A DNA stretch of 64,000 nucleotides from Thermodesulfobacteriota bacterium (GTDB lineage: Bacteria; Desulfobacterota; Desulfobacteria; Desulfobacterales; C00003060): the NCBI GenBank assembly GCA_034189385.1, contig JAXHVD010000010.1, forward strand, positions 32,001 through 96,000. The letters run 5' to 3'. Position 1 is the stretch's first letter; each line of letters starts with the position of its first letter. Below the pieces are notes generated by a model. It searched no databases and had not been told where the DNA came from. It saw nothing but the letters and a program-made list of their open reading frames with translations. A program made the position numbers and the translations under genes. This document shows, in pieces, positions 48,637-58,064 of the stretch.

Positions 48637-48821
48637 GACTTGTTCCTTTCGCCACTGCGTTGATTACTCAAACCTTGAGTCTTCTTGGCTTCCCCGAAGG
48701 AAACGTCGGCATTCAGGTCCTCTGTTGGATTGATCATGTTTCTCCCCTGATCCAGGCCACCATCAATACAGAGCCAGGCCAGTGTGACGATCTTCCATAG
48801 CCATCACATGATTCGCTATAT

Positions 48822-49529
48822 TCAGGTCAGAAAGAAGGGGTTCACAATAAAATAGATACCCAGAACGCCTATGACTACGCCGGCCCCCTTTCGGAACCAT
48901 CTTCCCGCACCTTGCCAAGAGCTGTTTTCGAGCAACCCTCTCACCGCGGCGCCAGAGCTGCCGGCCAGAACAATGGGCAGACAATGCCCTATGGCAAATA
49001 GCAGGATAAGAAGAAAACCCCAGGCCGTTTTTTGCTGGATGGTGATGATGGCAAGTACGGGAGCGATAAAACCAAAGGTGCAAGAACCGGAAAGAACGCC
49101 ATAGCCGAGGCCGAGGACAAAGGCCCCCCATAGGCCTTTCACAGGAAGGCCATGCAAGAGGCTTCCCGACATGGCGCATTTTTCCACACCAAGCATGCCC
49201 AGGGCCACCCAAGAAAGAACGAGCCCTACCAGGATTTGCCAGTAGTTTCCCACATCGCCCAGCATACGGCCTAGCACGGTACAGATGATGCCGATGGAGG
49301 CTATGGTCATGAAGAGCCCCAGACTAAAGGCCACGGAATAGTAGACTGCCTCCCTTGGCTGCAAGACCCGTTCCTGCCCCCCCACATAAGCCACGATAAG
49401 AGGGATACTCGCCAGATGACACGGGCTGAAGGCTACACTGATCATGCCCCAGAGAAGACAACCCAGGGCTGCAATCAAGGTCCCTCCAGTAATCCACTCA
49501 TTAACGGTCAGGAAGAAAGTCTCTAACAT
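48822..49529 (-). CDS. ccdA: CcdA/DsbD-type transmembrane electron transporter
   Basis: FSPCHLASIP...GSCTFGFIAP; multi-TM. Confidence 0.88.
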   Translation of the reverse strand: MLETFFLTVNEWITGGTLIAALGCLLWGMISVAFSPCHLASIPLIVAYVGGQERVLQPREAVYYSVAFSLGLFMTIASIGIICTVLGRMLGDVGNYWQILVGLVLSWVALGMLGVEKCAMSGSLLHGLPVKGLWGAFVLGLGYGVLSGSCTFGFIAPVLAIITIQQKTAWGFLLILLFAIGHCLPIVLAGSSGAAVRGLLENSSWQGAGRWFRKGAGVVIGVLGIYFIVNPFFLT

Positions 49530-49546
49530 GCGTTCCTATTTTGAAC

Positions 49547-49975
49547 CTAGCGTGTGATGTTTTCCAAAGCATCTTTCACGTCGTTCTTTGCTAGCCGATC
49601 AACTCCCATCTTTGCGAGTTGTCCGATGATGGCCTCTTCACTCATGAAACCCTCGTGGCGGTAAACCTCCTCTCCCTCTTTGTCAAAGAATATCTGCGTG
49701 GGGATGGTTCGGATGGCGTGCCGTTGAGCCTGTTCCCGGTGCTGCCACACGTCTATGAAGACGATGGACGCCTTTGCCTCGTATTGCTTCTTCAGTTTCT
49801 TCAAAACAGGCGCCATCATCTTACAGGGTATGCATTTGTGAGCCCCAAGATCGACCATGGTGACCATGCCCTCGGTGGGTACCCTCGGAAGGGGCTCCCC
49901 TTTGTCTTCAGCCACAGCGCCCGAGACCCAGGCAAACAAAAGAACCAGAATGACCCATCTCGTAAATTGTTTCAT
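49547..49975 (-). CDS. Exported thioredoxin-family protein
   Basis: Signal peptide, DLGAHKCIPCKMM, IPTQIFFD. Confidence 0.88.
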   Translation of the reverse strand: MKQFTRWVILVLLFAWVSGAVAEDKGEPLPRVPTEGMVTMVDLGAHKCIPCKMMAPVLKKLKKQYEAKASIVFIDVWQHREQAQRHAIRTIPTQIFFDKEGEEVYRHEGFMSEEAIIGQLAKMGVDRLAKNDVKDALENITR

Positions 49976-50064
49976 GCAAGCCTTTCTTGACCAGGAGCCT
50001 GCCGACTGGCCCTCGTCAACATGGGATTCTTGTCAGTACAATAATGTCTTTCTCGATCTTACCC

Positions 50065-51264
50065 TCACTGAACAGATACCTTCTGGGGAAACCAATCGGC
50101 AGTCTTGACACAAATCTTCACCAGCAGAAGCATCACGGGGACTTCAATGAGGACCCCCACCACCGTTGCCAGGGCTGCCCCGGAGGAAAGGCCGAAGAGC
50201 ATGGTTGCTGTGGCAATGGCGACCTCGAAATGATTAGAAGCCCCGATCATGGCCGAAGGGGCGGCATCTTCATATCTGAGTCGAATCGCCTTAGACAGAC
50301 CGTAACCCAAGGCGAAGATCAACGTCGTCTGGATGAAGAGCGGAATAGCAATCCAAAGAATGGTAAAAGGGTTGGAAACAATCACGTCCCCCTTGAAAGA
50401 AAAGAGGAGCACCAAAGTGACCAACAAGGCGATAATGGTGATAGGTGTCAGGACGTGGAGGAACTTCTCCTTAAACCATGTCTCTCCGCGAGAACGGATA
50501 AGTAGCTTCCTGGAAAGGTAGCCTGCAACAAGGGGAAGGGCCACGTAGATGGCGATGGAAAGGACCAGGGCCTGCCAAGGAACGGGAAGTCTGCCGACAC
50601 CCAGGAGAAATCCTCCCAGAGGACCGTAGAGAAAAAGCATGGTAAGAGAATTAATGGCCACCATGACCAGGGTGTGCCCATCATTTCCTTTGGCCAGATA
50701 GCCCCAAACCAGCACCATGGCCGTGCACGGGGCAATGCCCAACAGGATACAGCCGGCGAGATAGCTCCGCCAGAGGGGCACCTGTAGCATCTTCATCCCA
50801 TTGACCACAACCACCTTTCCCGCACCGTAACGTGCCCCTTCAGAAAGGCTCAAGCCCAGGGGCATCTTGACGTAGTCCACGGCATCAGGTCCGATAAAGG
50901 CCAAAAATGCCGTGCCGAGAAAAAAGATGGAGATGGCATACATGGTAAAGGGCTTCACCGCCCAATTGACGAATAAGGTGAGGGCTACCGGCTTGATATT
51001 TTTGCCAGCCCTGAGCACCTCTCCGAAGTCGATCTTCACCATGATGGGATACATCATGAAGAATAGACAGATGGCGATGGGGATAGAAACAACAGGGGCG
51101 TCGCCCACGTAGATGGCCAATCCATCCAGATATCGGGCCACCCCCGGAGCCACTTTCCCCAGGACAATGCCTGCAAGAATGCAGAGGACCACCCAAAGGG
51201 TAAGATACTTCTCAAAAAGGCTTAAGCCTTTCTGTTCTTTGGCAACGTGGGCTTCATTTCCCAT
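50065..51264 (-). CDS. acr3: Acr3-family arsenite efflux transporter
   Basis: [55 protein letters not shown]. Confidence 0.96.
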   Translation of the reverse strand: MGNEAHVAKEQKGLSLFEKYLTLWVVLCILAGIVLGKVAPGVARYLDGLAIYVGDAPVVSIPIAICLFFMMYPIMVKIDFGEVLRAGKNIKPVALTLFVNWAVKPFTMYAISIFFLGTAFLAFIGPDAVDYVKMPLGLSLSEGARYGAGKVVVVNGMKMLQVPLWRSYLAGCILLGIAPCTAMVLVWGYLAKGNDGHTLVMVAINSLTMLFLYGPLGGFLLGVGRLPVPWQALVLSIAIYVALPLVAGYLSRKLLIRSRGETWFKEKFLHVLTPITIIALLVTLVLLFSFKGDVIVSNPFTILWIAIPLFIQTTLIFALGYGLSKAIRLRYEDAAPSAMIGASNHFEVAIATATMLFGLSSGAALATVVGVLIEVPVMLLLVKICVKTADWFPQKVSVQ

Positions 51265-51369
51265 GGTTTCACCTTCCCAATAGATCTCGTCAAATCGCAA
51301 AAAGTCCCGTTTGGTCTCTCCGTGGGCATCTCGGCCCCACAACCCCCGCGGAACCTTCGTGGATAGGCA

Positions 51370-52119
51370 CTACGCCAAGAGGTTCCAGATCATCTTCATT
51401 GCAATTCCCAACAGGACAACGCCGATGACCAGTTTTACTTGTTTCCGCTTGAGTTTTTCTGTCACGAGCCATGCGCCTGCGACGGCTCCCAGGGCCGATC
51501 CCATGGCGGTAAAACCCAAAAGCGGGATCTCCATGTGGCCAAGGGAGGCATGGCCTAAGAACCCCGAAAAGGACGAAAAAATCACAATGAAAGCGGTCGT
51601 GGCAGCGGCCTTCTTGGGGTTGAAGCCCAGCCAAACAAGGACCGGGACGATGAAATTGCCGCCGCCCACGCCTAAGAGTCCCCCCAAAAAACCGGCCAGG
51701 GCACCGACTGACAGGCCATAGACCAGTTGCGTGGCCTTTGGGCCCTCGCCTTCCTTTTTTTCAGATTCATAGAAGAGCATCATCCCAGCAGCGAAAAGCA
51801 AGAATCCCACAAAGAGCCACATCAGTAGCTGCTGGTCCAACCCCCGGCTCACGTAAGCCCCCACCGGTGAGAGCACGGTGGCAACGGTGAGGATGGGAAG
51901 GGCCACCTTCCACATCACCAGTCGGTTTTTTATGAACCGATAAGAAGCACAGGTCATGGCAATGGAGTTGAGAAGCAAGGCCGTGGACATGGCCACATGC
52001 ACATCGATTCCCAGGGCAATGAATATGGGAATCAGGATGAACGCTGCGCCCACCCCTGAAACGGTGAGCAGGGTCGTCAACAGGAGGGTTATGACTCCAG
52101 CTAGGGCAGCAATTCCCAC
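51370..52119 (-). CDS. TauE/SafE-family sulfite/anion exporter
   Basis: Two repeats GVGAAFILIP / GLLGVGGGNFIVP; multi-TM. Confidence 0.88.
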   Translation of the reverse strand: MGIAALAGVITLLLTTLLTVSGVGAAFILIPIFIALGIDVHVAMSTALLLNSIAMTCASYRFIKNRLVMWKVALPILTVATVLSPVGAYVSRGLDQQLLMWLFVGFLLFAAGMMLFYESEKKEGEGPKATQLVYGLSVGALAGFLGGLLGVGGGNFIVPVLVWLGFNPKKAAATTAFIVIFSSFSGFLGHASLGHMEIPLLGFTAMGSALGAVAGAWLVTEKLKRKQVKLVIGVVLLGIAMKMIWNLLA

Positions 52120-52164
52120 GACAACGCTCTCTTTGGCGGCCTCTCTGCCGTCTCTAAAGGCCCG

Positions 52165-52779
52165 CTATTCTTCATACCCCGAGCACGGGATGCACATATG
52201 CTTGTTACCCACAAGACGTAAATAGGCTATGGAAACCATCTCGCCACAGCTATCACAGGGCTTAAGCCCCATGATCTCGCCAAAATCCTCCCAAGGGTGG
52301 GACTTGATCTCACCGATAGTGAGGACCTCATCTTCTGGGGCATCCCACACGATATGGACCATCTCCCAGGCCTCTTTTTGAGGGATCTCCGTAGGCGGTA
52401 CGCCCAGGCCACGCTTTTGCATGAAGGCAGACTCGGCAATGCGCTTGTGCCGTCCAGGCTTATAAGAAACCCGTACGGCCCGCTCGGTCCTTTTGTCAAT
52501 CAAGGTAAAGGCCAGTTTTCCCCAGCCAGCCTTCTCAAGGTTGGCCTTTCCAAAGGTGCAGCCCGTGGCGTACTGCACCCCATCGGCAAAGCACTGGGCC
52601 CCATGATTGTTTCCGATCTCCACAATGCAGTGGAGGTCAGCAGAGGAGCCCGCTCGATCCACGCCCAGCTCTCGCAGTCCTGCCAGACCAGCCCGCACCC
52701 CCACTGCGCTTGCCCAGCATATGTGACCGTGAAACTTGAATGCATCGGTCAACATCTGCTTGTCATGAGCCATTGTCAT
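52165..52779 (-). CDS. FmdE-family zinc protein with C-terminal zinc finger
   Basis: FHGHICW, CFADGVQYATGCTFGK, WGKLAFT, CDSCGE...CIPC. The longer ORF start lies in a MITE. Confidence 0.88.
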   Translation of the reverse strand: MTMAHDKQMLTDAFKFHGHICWASAVGVRAGLAGLRELGVDRAGSSADLHCIVEIGNNHGAQCFADGVQYATGCTFGKANLEKAGWGKLAFTLIDKRTERAVRVSYKPGRHKRIAESAFMQKRGLGVPPTEIPQKEAWEMVHIVWDAPEDEVLTIGEIKSHPWEDFGEIMGLKPCDSCGEMVSIAYLRLVGNKHMCIPCSGYEE

Positions 52780-52848
52780 TTCCCCTTTCTTCTTGTTCGC
52801 CTGGAGGGCCTTGCCTTCCAATGACGGATCTTCAATCCATGAAACGCT

Positions 52849-53011
52849 AGTGCCCATCTACGAAAGGCCAAGAACGAAGGCGCACTGGCGTCAGTTTTCA
52901 ATTCAGTCCCGACGAGTCGGGATTCGCAAGGTCTAGAAAATCAAGGGATTTCGCGGAGTCCCGACGGGTCGGGACGAGATTGTGGAAAAGGGCCATTTAT
53001 GGATGTAAACT
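52849..53011. mobile_element. 163-bp MITE-like element inside the ars operon
   Basis: Degenerate TIR AGTGCCCATCTACGAAAGGCC / GGCCATTTATGGATGTAAACT (14/21); two internal GTCCCGAC-NN-GTCGGGA hairpins. Confidence 0.7.
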
Positions 53012-53244
53012 CAGCCTTTGATCCATTTCAATATCTCGTCTTTCTTGGGGACCTTTCCCGCACATTTCACCTCGCCGTCAACGACCACAGCCGGGGTGCC
53101 AAATACCCCGTGGGTGGCGATCTTCATGATGTCAGTCACCTTCTCAATGTTGGCATCCACGCCGGTCTCGGCCACTGCGGCGGCCGCATTCTTTTTCGTC
53201 TGTTCACACTTCGGGCAACCTGGCCCCAATACCTTTATTTCCAT
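53011..53244 (-). CDS. Small redox-active disulfide protein (MTH895/ArsE-type thioredoxin)
   Basis: MEIKVLGPGCPKC...GVFGTPAVVVDGEVK. Confidence 0.92.
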   Translation of the reverse strand: MEIKVLGPGCPKCEQTKKNAAAAVAETGVDANIEKVTDIMKIATHGVFGTPAVVVDGEVKCAGKVPKKDEILKWIKG

Positions 53245-53269
53245 TTTGTGCCTCCTATTTGCTCCAGCA

Positions 53270-53764
53270 CTAGACGCCTTCACGGAACCACCCCTTAATC
53301 CTGGTCTTAGTGGCAACGTTGCCCACAGAGACCACCTTTCCATTCACAACCAAGGCAGGGGTGCCTATCACACCGTAACTGGCAATCACCTTCATGTCCC
53401 TTACATGTTCTATGGCTGCGGCAAGGCCCATCTCTGCCGCCACCTCCATGACGTCTCTCTCCAGCCCTTCGCACCGGGCACATCCAGGCCCCAGAATCTT
53501 AATCTCCAGCCCCTCGGAGGTCTCTTCTTCATACGGCCTTCCGAGCAACTTGTTGAACTCCCGTAGAAGGGCTTTTCCATACGCTTCCTTCGAGGCCGCC
53601 GGGACATAGTTCTTCTTAGAAACCCGTCTCATTAACTCCGCCCGCACTTCCCTCTCGGAACGATGAGCCCATTCTGCTGCCATCTCTTCCATGACCTGTT
53701 TCAGGCCGATCATGCCGACTGATTGCTGATTGACTCTCATCTGTGTTACATCTTCCTGGGACAT
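53270..53764 (-). CDS. MTH895-type thioredoxin with N-terminal extension
   Basis: About 85 aa extra N-terminal region, then IKILGPGCARC...GVIGTPALVVNG. Confidence 0.88.
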   Translation of the reverse strand: MSQEDVTQMRVNQQSVGMIGLKQVMEEMAAEWAHRSEREVRAELMRRVSKKNYVPAASKEAYGKALLREFNKLLGRPYEEETSEGLEIKILGPGCARCEGLERDVMEVAAEMGLAAAIEHVRDMKVIASYGVIGTPALVVNGKVVSVGNVATKTRIKGWFREGV

Positions 53765-53773
53765 AGTTCTTCC

Positions 53774-54877
53774 TTAGACAACCACGTTAAAGAGATAACC
53801 CACCAGCAAGATTCCGCACCCGACCACGCAGATAAACGCACCGATAAGCCGAGGTTTCAGAACTTTTCTGAGGATCACCATCTCAGGCAGCGAAAGGGCG
53901 ATCACGCTCATCATGAAGGCGAGCACTGTGCCGAGTGCGGCCCCCTTTCCAAGAAGGGCTTCCACCACCGGGATGATGCCCGCGGCATTAGAATACATGG
54001 GCACCCCGATAACGACAGCCAGCGGCACGGACCACCAGACCCCTTTGCCCATAACAGAGGCCATGAAGCTCTCCGGTACGTAGCCGTGTATGCCGGCACC
54101 AACGGCAATGCCCAGCAGGACATAGATCCAGATCCGACCAACAATCTCCTTCACTGCATCCCAGCCATACATCATCCGGTCATGCCAAGAGAGTCTTTCC
54201 TCCTGGGCCTGAATCACGCCGCCTTCCAATCCTGCGACCCATTCTTCAACATGTCTTTCCAGGCGCAGGCGACCGATAAGCCAGCCGGAAACAATGGCAA
54301 TAGTAAGCCCTGTACCCATGTAGAGGGCGGCCACCTTCCAGCCAAGGAGTCCGTAAAGCAGACCCAGGGCGATTTCGTTGACCATGGGAGCAGAGATGAG
54401 GAATGAAAAGGTCACCCCCAACGGCACCCCTGCGGTGACAAATCCGATAAATAGAGGCACAGCAGAGCAGGAACAAAAGGGGGTCACAATGCCGAGAAGG
54501 GCCGCCAGGGTATTGCCCACAAACTCCGTTTTTCCCGATAAGATGTCCCTGGTCTTTTCCGGCGTAAAGAAGCTGCGTACTATTCCTACGCTAAAGACAA
54601 CCAAGACGAGAAGCATCATGACCTTGGGCGTGTCGTAGAAGAAGAATTCCACGGCAGCGGCCATGTGGCTACCCGGACTGAGCCTGAAAACCGAGTATGT
54701 AATAAAGGCCGCAAGCAGAGACAGTCTGCCGTAAATCACCCACCACACAAAGAGGGTGATGGCACCAAGTCCCAAGTAGAAGACCTTTTCCCTCTTAAGA
54801 CCTGATGGGGTCTTCCCCTGGGCTTCGGCACAGGCACACGAACCATTGGCAACCGGTTTCACAGCACGCACTGTCAT
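53774..54877 (-). CDS. arsP: ArsP/DUF318-family permease
   Basis: FFYDTPK, TPFCSCSAVPLF, SAPMVNE, GVPMYSNAAG, ALSLPE. Confidence 0.9.
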   Translation of the reverse strand: MTVRAVKPVANGSCACAEAQGKTPSGLKREKVFYLGLGAITLFVWWVIYGRLSLLAAFITYSVFRLSPGSHMAAAVEFFFYDTPKVMMLLVLVVFSVGIVRSFFTPEKTRDILSGKTEFVGNTLAALLGIVTPFCSCSAVPLFIGFVTAGVPLGVTFSFLISAPMVNEIALGLLYGLLGWKVAALYMGTGLTIAIVSGWLIGRLRLERHVEEWVAGLEGGVIQAQEERLSWHDRMMYGWDAVKEIVGRIWIYVLLGIAVGAGIHGYVPESFMASVMGKGVWWSVPLAVVIGVPMYSNAAGIIPVVEALLGKGAALGTVLAFMMSVIALSLPEMVILRKVLKPRLIGAFICVVGCGILLVGYLFNVVV

Positions 54878-54943
54878 GGCGCCTCACCATGTGGCGAGAC
54901 CCTGTCCGTTGACCAGGACGGATAGCGCTTGAAAGCCATAGCA

Positions 54944-54963
54944 ATATTCCTATTTAGCTATAG
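54944..54963. promoter_or_regulatory. Candidate ArsR operator upstream of arsP
   Basis: ATATTCC-N6-GCTATAG; degenerate version of the palindrome in front of arsR. Confidence 0.45.
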
Positions 54964-54980
54964 ATTAAGGACAAAAAAAA

Positions 54981-55328
54981 TTATTTCCTGCAAATCTCTT
55001 CTCGTCGAATTGATGGAAGTTCTTCTACGATGTCAGCGATCTCTGCATCATCTTCCAGCCAGTGCCTCAAATTGCCCAGCAGGTTGGCCACATAGGGACT
55101 GGCGCTTCCGTCCGTGAGTCCGTAGTTGACCCACATGCCCTCTTTCTGAGACGTAATAATGCCTGCATCTTCGAGTATTTTAAGATGCTTAGACACGCTG
55201 GGCTGCGCTATCTTGAGAGCAGCCCGCATCTCGCATACACACATGACCTTGTGTTGCAACATCTTTACAATTCTTACCCTGTTGGGATCGGACAGGGCCT
55301 TCATGACCCTGATAAAATCTCTCATCAT
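54981..55328 (-). CDS. arsR: ArsR/SmtB-family repressor
   Basis: KALSDPNRVRI, MCVCE, AQPSVSKHL, GMWVNY. Confidence 0.95.
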   Translation of the reverse strand: MMRDFIRVMKALSDPNRVRIVKMLQHKVMCVCEMRAALKIAQPSVSKHLKILEDAGIITSQKEGMWVNYGLTDGSASPYVANLLGNLRHWLEDDAEIADIVEELPSIRREEICRK

Positions 55329-55339
55329 ACATTCCAGAT

Positions 55340-55359
55340 ATATGCCTTTTTGGGAATAT
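55340..55359. promoter_or_regulatory. Candidate ArsR operator upstream of arsR
   Basis: ATATGCC-N6-GGAATAT near-perfect palindrome 11 nt from the arsR start. Confidence 0.6.
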
Positions 55360-55447
55360 ACCCCCTTTGCTTTGCATTGTCAATTAAATTTTCGCGCTCG
55401 AAGAAAAATGGATACCGCCCAGAAAGGTTTTCTCAAGACGTCAAAGG

Positions 55448-55609
55448 TGATGAAATCGAAAAAAGTCGAAAAAGACCTCTTTTTGTCATTCCGGCGAAAG
55501 CCTGTCGAGAGCCTCAAGGCCGAACGGCCGGAATCCAGTCCTTTCAACAACTTCTGGATGCCGGATCAAGTCCGGCATGACGACTGAAAGACCTTTTACG
55601 AGTCTGTCA
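55448..55609. repeat. Nested palindromic repeat / MITE
   Basis: Outer degenerate TIR (14/20); inner GTCATTCCGGC...GCCGGAATCCAG...CTGGATGCCGGATCAAGTCCGGCATGAC; 26-bp insert in the first loop. Confidence 0.75.
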
Positions 55610-55642
55610 ACGGTGAAATGATGATCGGGGGGCAGGCGGAGA

Positions 55643-55903
55643 CTATTCTAAGCTATCTTTGAAGGTCTGCCAGCCGATAAGCATATCGGCCATATGGTGA
55701 TAGACGGTGCGCGTTTCTGGACTCACGCACCCCAGCTTCTTGATGGCTTGCTTGGCCCGTTTCTCAAGGAGGTCTATCTTTTGGTCGCCCTCCTTAACCT
55801 GGGCACTCACGTCCTCATTATTGTCCATTCGCCCTTTGAGCCGCGTGGCCAAGGCCTTGGCATCTGAAAGCTCTTTCAAGAGTTGACTCGTAGCGTCATC
55901 CAT
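55643..55903 (-). CDS. Hypothetical helical protein (86 aa)
   Basis: GAGGAG RBS before ATG 55903; last gene of the glucan operon. Confidence 0.7.
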   Translation of the reverse strand: MDDATSQLLKELSDAKALATRLKGRMDNNEDVSAQVKEGDQKIDLLEKRAKQAIKKLGCVSPETRTVYHHMADMLIGWQTFKDSLE

Positions 55904-55934
55904 GGACACAGCACTCCTCTCGGCGGTATGAAAT

Positions 55935-56789
55935 CTAGCTCTTGGAGCCGAAAAAGTCGTCAAGGTATATGACATTTCCTTCGGTCTTCATTGAGCCTGA
56001 TGGCTGATTAACGGTCTTAGACTTTGTGATCCCTTCAATGACTCTTTGCAGTTCGGGATTATCATCTACAAAACGTTGGATCTGTCTTGCCAACTGCATC
56101 CACCCCTTCTCCAGTTCAGTAGTGTCAATCTGAAACCCTCCAAGGTTGGCCAACACAGTGCCCATTCGAGAAAGAAGCCGAAGGTGGGTCCCCTGGACAT
56201 AGAAAGGGCAATGCCCCCACAGACTCATCCCTTGGATGCCCGCGGACTTCGCCTCCTGCATGATGAGGGAATGAATGGCACCAGGCCCTTCATAGTCAAT
56301 GGGAATGACATCGTTTTGCTCCAAGCGTTTTAAAAGCTCCGGGCTTGAGGCAAGACCTGAAATAATAGCGTCCGTATGGACCACCTTATCCTGTAGCCCC
56401 CCGAGGCTAATGATGAGGCTCACCTCTAATTGCCGGCAAAGAGACAACACCTTGTCAACAAACAGGTCCCAACGAAAGTGGGGTTCATGGGCTTTGAACA
56501 AAATGAGGCTCGTCTCCATTTGCTCCTGGGGTACAGCGTAAAAAACTGCTTCTGGAAACGAAACCTCATGAAGCCGGCCACGTTGTATCTTCACAGTGGG
56601 CCGAATATCATCAAACCGACAGAAGGCGTTGAGATTGATGCTTGCAAACCGCGTGGCCCCAAGCGTTTGTATTAGGAAATCAAGCAACCCCACTGCCACA
56701 TTGCCGCCATTGGGCCATCCCTCAAACCCAAGGACGAGGATGGGGGCGCTCAGTTCAGGCATATGCTCTATGACGATTTCTTCCTTCAC
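55935..56789 (-). CDS. PAC2-family (proteasome assembly chaperone-like) protein
   Basis: LVLGFEGWPNGG, RPTV, EPHFRW, ISLGG, YEGPGAI, SLWGHCPFYV. Confidence 0.88.
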   Translation of the reverse strand: MKEEIVIEHMPELSAPILVLGFEGWPNGGNVAVGLLDFLIQTLGATRFASINLNAFCRFDDIRPTVKIQRGRLHEVSFPEAVFYAVPQEQMETSLILFKAHEPHFRWDLFVDKVLSLCRQLEVSLIISLGGLQDKVVHTDAIISGLASSPELLKRLEQNDVIPIDYEGPGAIHSLIMQEAKSAGIQGMSLWGHCPFYVQGTHLRLLSRMGTVLANLGGFQIDTTELEKGWMQLARQIQRFVDDNPELQRVIEGITKSKTVNQPSGSMKTEGNVIYLDDFFGSKS

Positions 56790-56820
56790 AACACCAGTTT
56801 CTCAGATCAACGAGGGCATG

Positions 56821-58029
56821 TCAAGAATGGGGGCTTGAAGCCATCTTGTCCATTGCCCTGTCTAGGAGGGCGTAGACTTGTTCTAGTTCGTCAAAGGAGC
56901 GATGGACCCATCGGCTTCCCCAATAGAAGTTGCAACTTGTCTCTGCCACCAACATGTGATCATAGGCGGCAATGATCATGTGACGGACTTCCTCTGGATT
57001 GTCAGTGGCCTGCCCCCTTTCATCAAAGGTCCTCTTTGCCTGGTGGTAGTAGGCACTGGCCTCCCTTATGGCGTCCCAACCCTTTTTCTGGAGGAGCGAC
57101 CCCGTCCATTGGGCGAAATCGCCCCCCCAATGGTGCCCTGTATTCCAGGCCCCTCGATGGACCTCCACCTCTTCAGAAGGGGGATACATGTCCAGGTATT
57201 TGCTTATTCTGATAGGGGCGAAACCAAGGGTCCCTTCGCGGTACCTGTTCAAAATGGGATGATAAAAACAGCCCCAGAAGCCACTTTCCACATGGGTGGT
57301 GCGGAACCACCCGCCATTTTCGCCATCAGTCCAGGTGGTCACCAGGGCTGGAAAGTCGCAGTGCTTTGTCCTTTCATAGAGCTCATGCTGAAACCAGCCA
57401 GGATCGAGGCCCGATTCCTGGGCGTCCGAAAGCTCCCGATCCCGAGGAACGACGATGATCTCTTCTCCATCGTAACGGGCTACGTACGGTCGATACCGCA
57501 ACTCTTCCCAGCGCATCTCACGCTTCGGCTTGATGTACCAGCAATCAACGATGACATACTTATAGCCGTGGCGTTTCAACATGGGGATCATCTCCATGCA
57601 AAAACCCATCTCAGGAGGCCAGAAACCCTGGAATCTGTCACGACCCAGAAGATGTTGTCCCAAGCCGATCCACCAGGCGGTCTGTGCATCCCAGTCAGCA
57701 GGCGGGGTCAATGGATAGACGGGATGGTAGAGGCCAGTGCCTACAAATTCGATGCTGGACCGCTTGTAGCGATTGAGAAAATCGTCAATATCCACAACAT
57801 CAGCAAAGGTCTCCCTCACGGCAGGATCTTCGAGCTGCTTCAGGAGGGTTCCGGAAAAGCTCATGTGGAGCCCAGCAACATCTTCATACCCTTCCAGCAT
57901 ACGCGTGGGCCGATCATAACACCAAAGGATCTGCCTCGCCTCCCACCGTTCCTCTGAATTGTGCAAGGCAATAAGATTGCCTAGGGGCTGATGCATGTTC
58001 AGGCCCAGTGCGTGGTAGACTTCAGGCAT
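56821..58029 (-). CDS. Glycoside hydrolase family 57 protein
   Basis: NMHQP, YHPVYPL, FWPPEM (nucleophile), TDGEN (acid/base), AETSCNFYW. Confidence 0.88.
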   Translation of the reverse strand: MPEVYHALGLNMHQPLGNLIALHNSEERWEARQILWCYDRPTRMLEGYEDVAGLHMSFSGTLLKQLEDPAVRETFADVVDIDDFLNRYKRSSIEFVGTGLYHPVYPLTPPADWDAQTAWWIGLGQHLLGRDRFQGFWPPEMGFCMEMIPMLKRHGYKYVIVDCWYIKPKREMRWEELRYRPYVARYDGEEIIVVPRDRELSDAQESGLDPGWFQHELYERTKHCDFPALVTTWTDGENGGWFRTTHVESGFWGCFYHPILNRYREGTLGFAPIRISKYLDMYPPSEEVEVHRGAWNTGHHWGGDFAQWTGSLLQKKGWDAIREASAYYHQAKRTFDERGQATDNPEEVRHMIIAAYDHMLVAETSCNFYWGSRWVHRSFDELEQVYALLDRAMDKMASSPHS

Positions 58030-58064
58030 AAAAGACTCCTCATCCTTGTCAGAAGGTTGAAGAC

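Noticed and set aside
52900..52980. Mini CRISPR-like repeat-spacer-repeat
   Set aside because: Only two 17-18 bp palindromes inside a TIR-bounded element, with no cas genes.
48199..53764. Selenocysteine recoding in ArsC, thioredoxins or FmdE
   Set aside because: All redox motifs are encoded as Cys and the ORFs reach normal length without an in-frame TGA.
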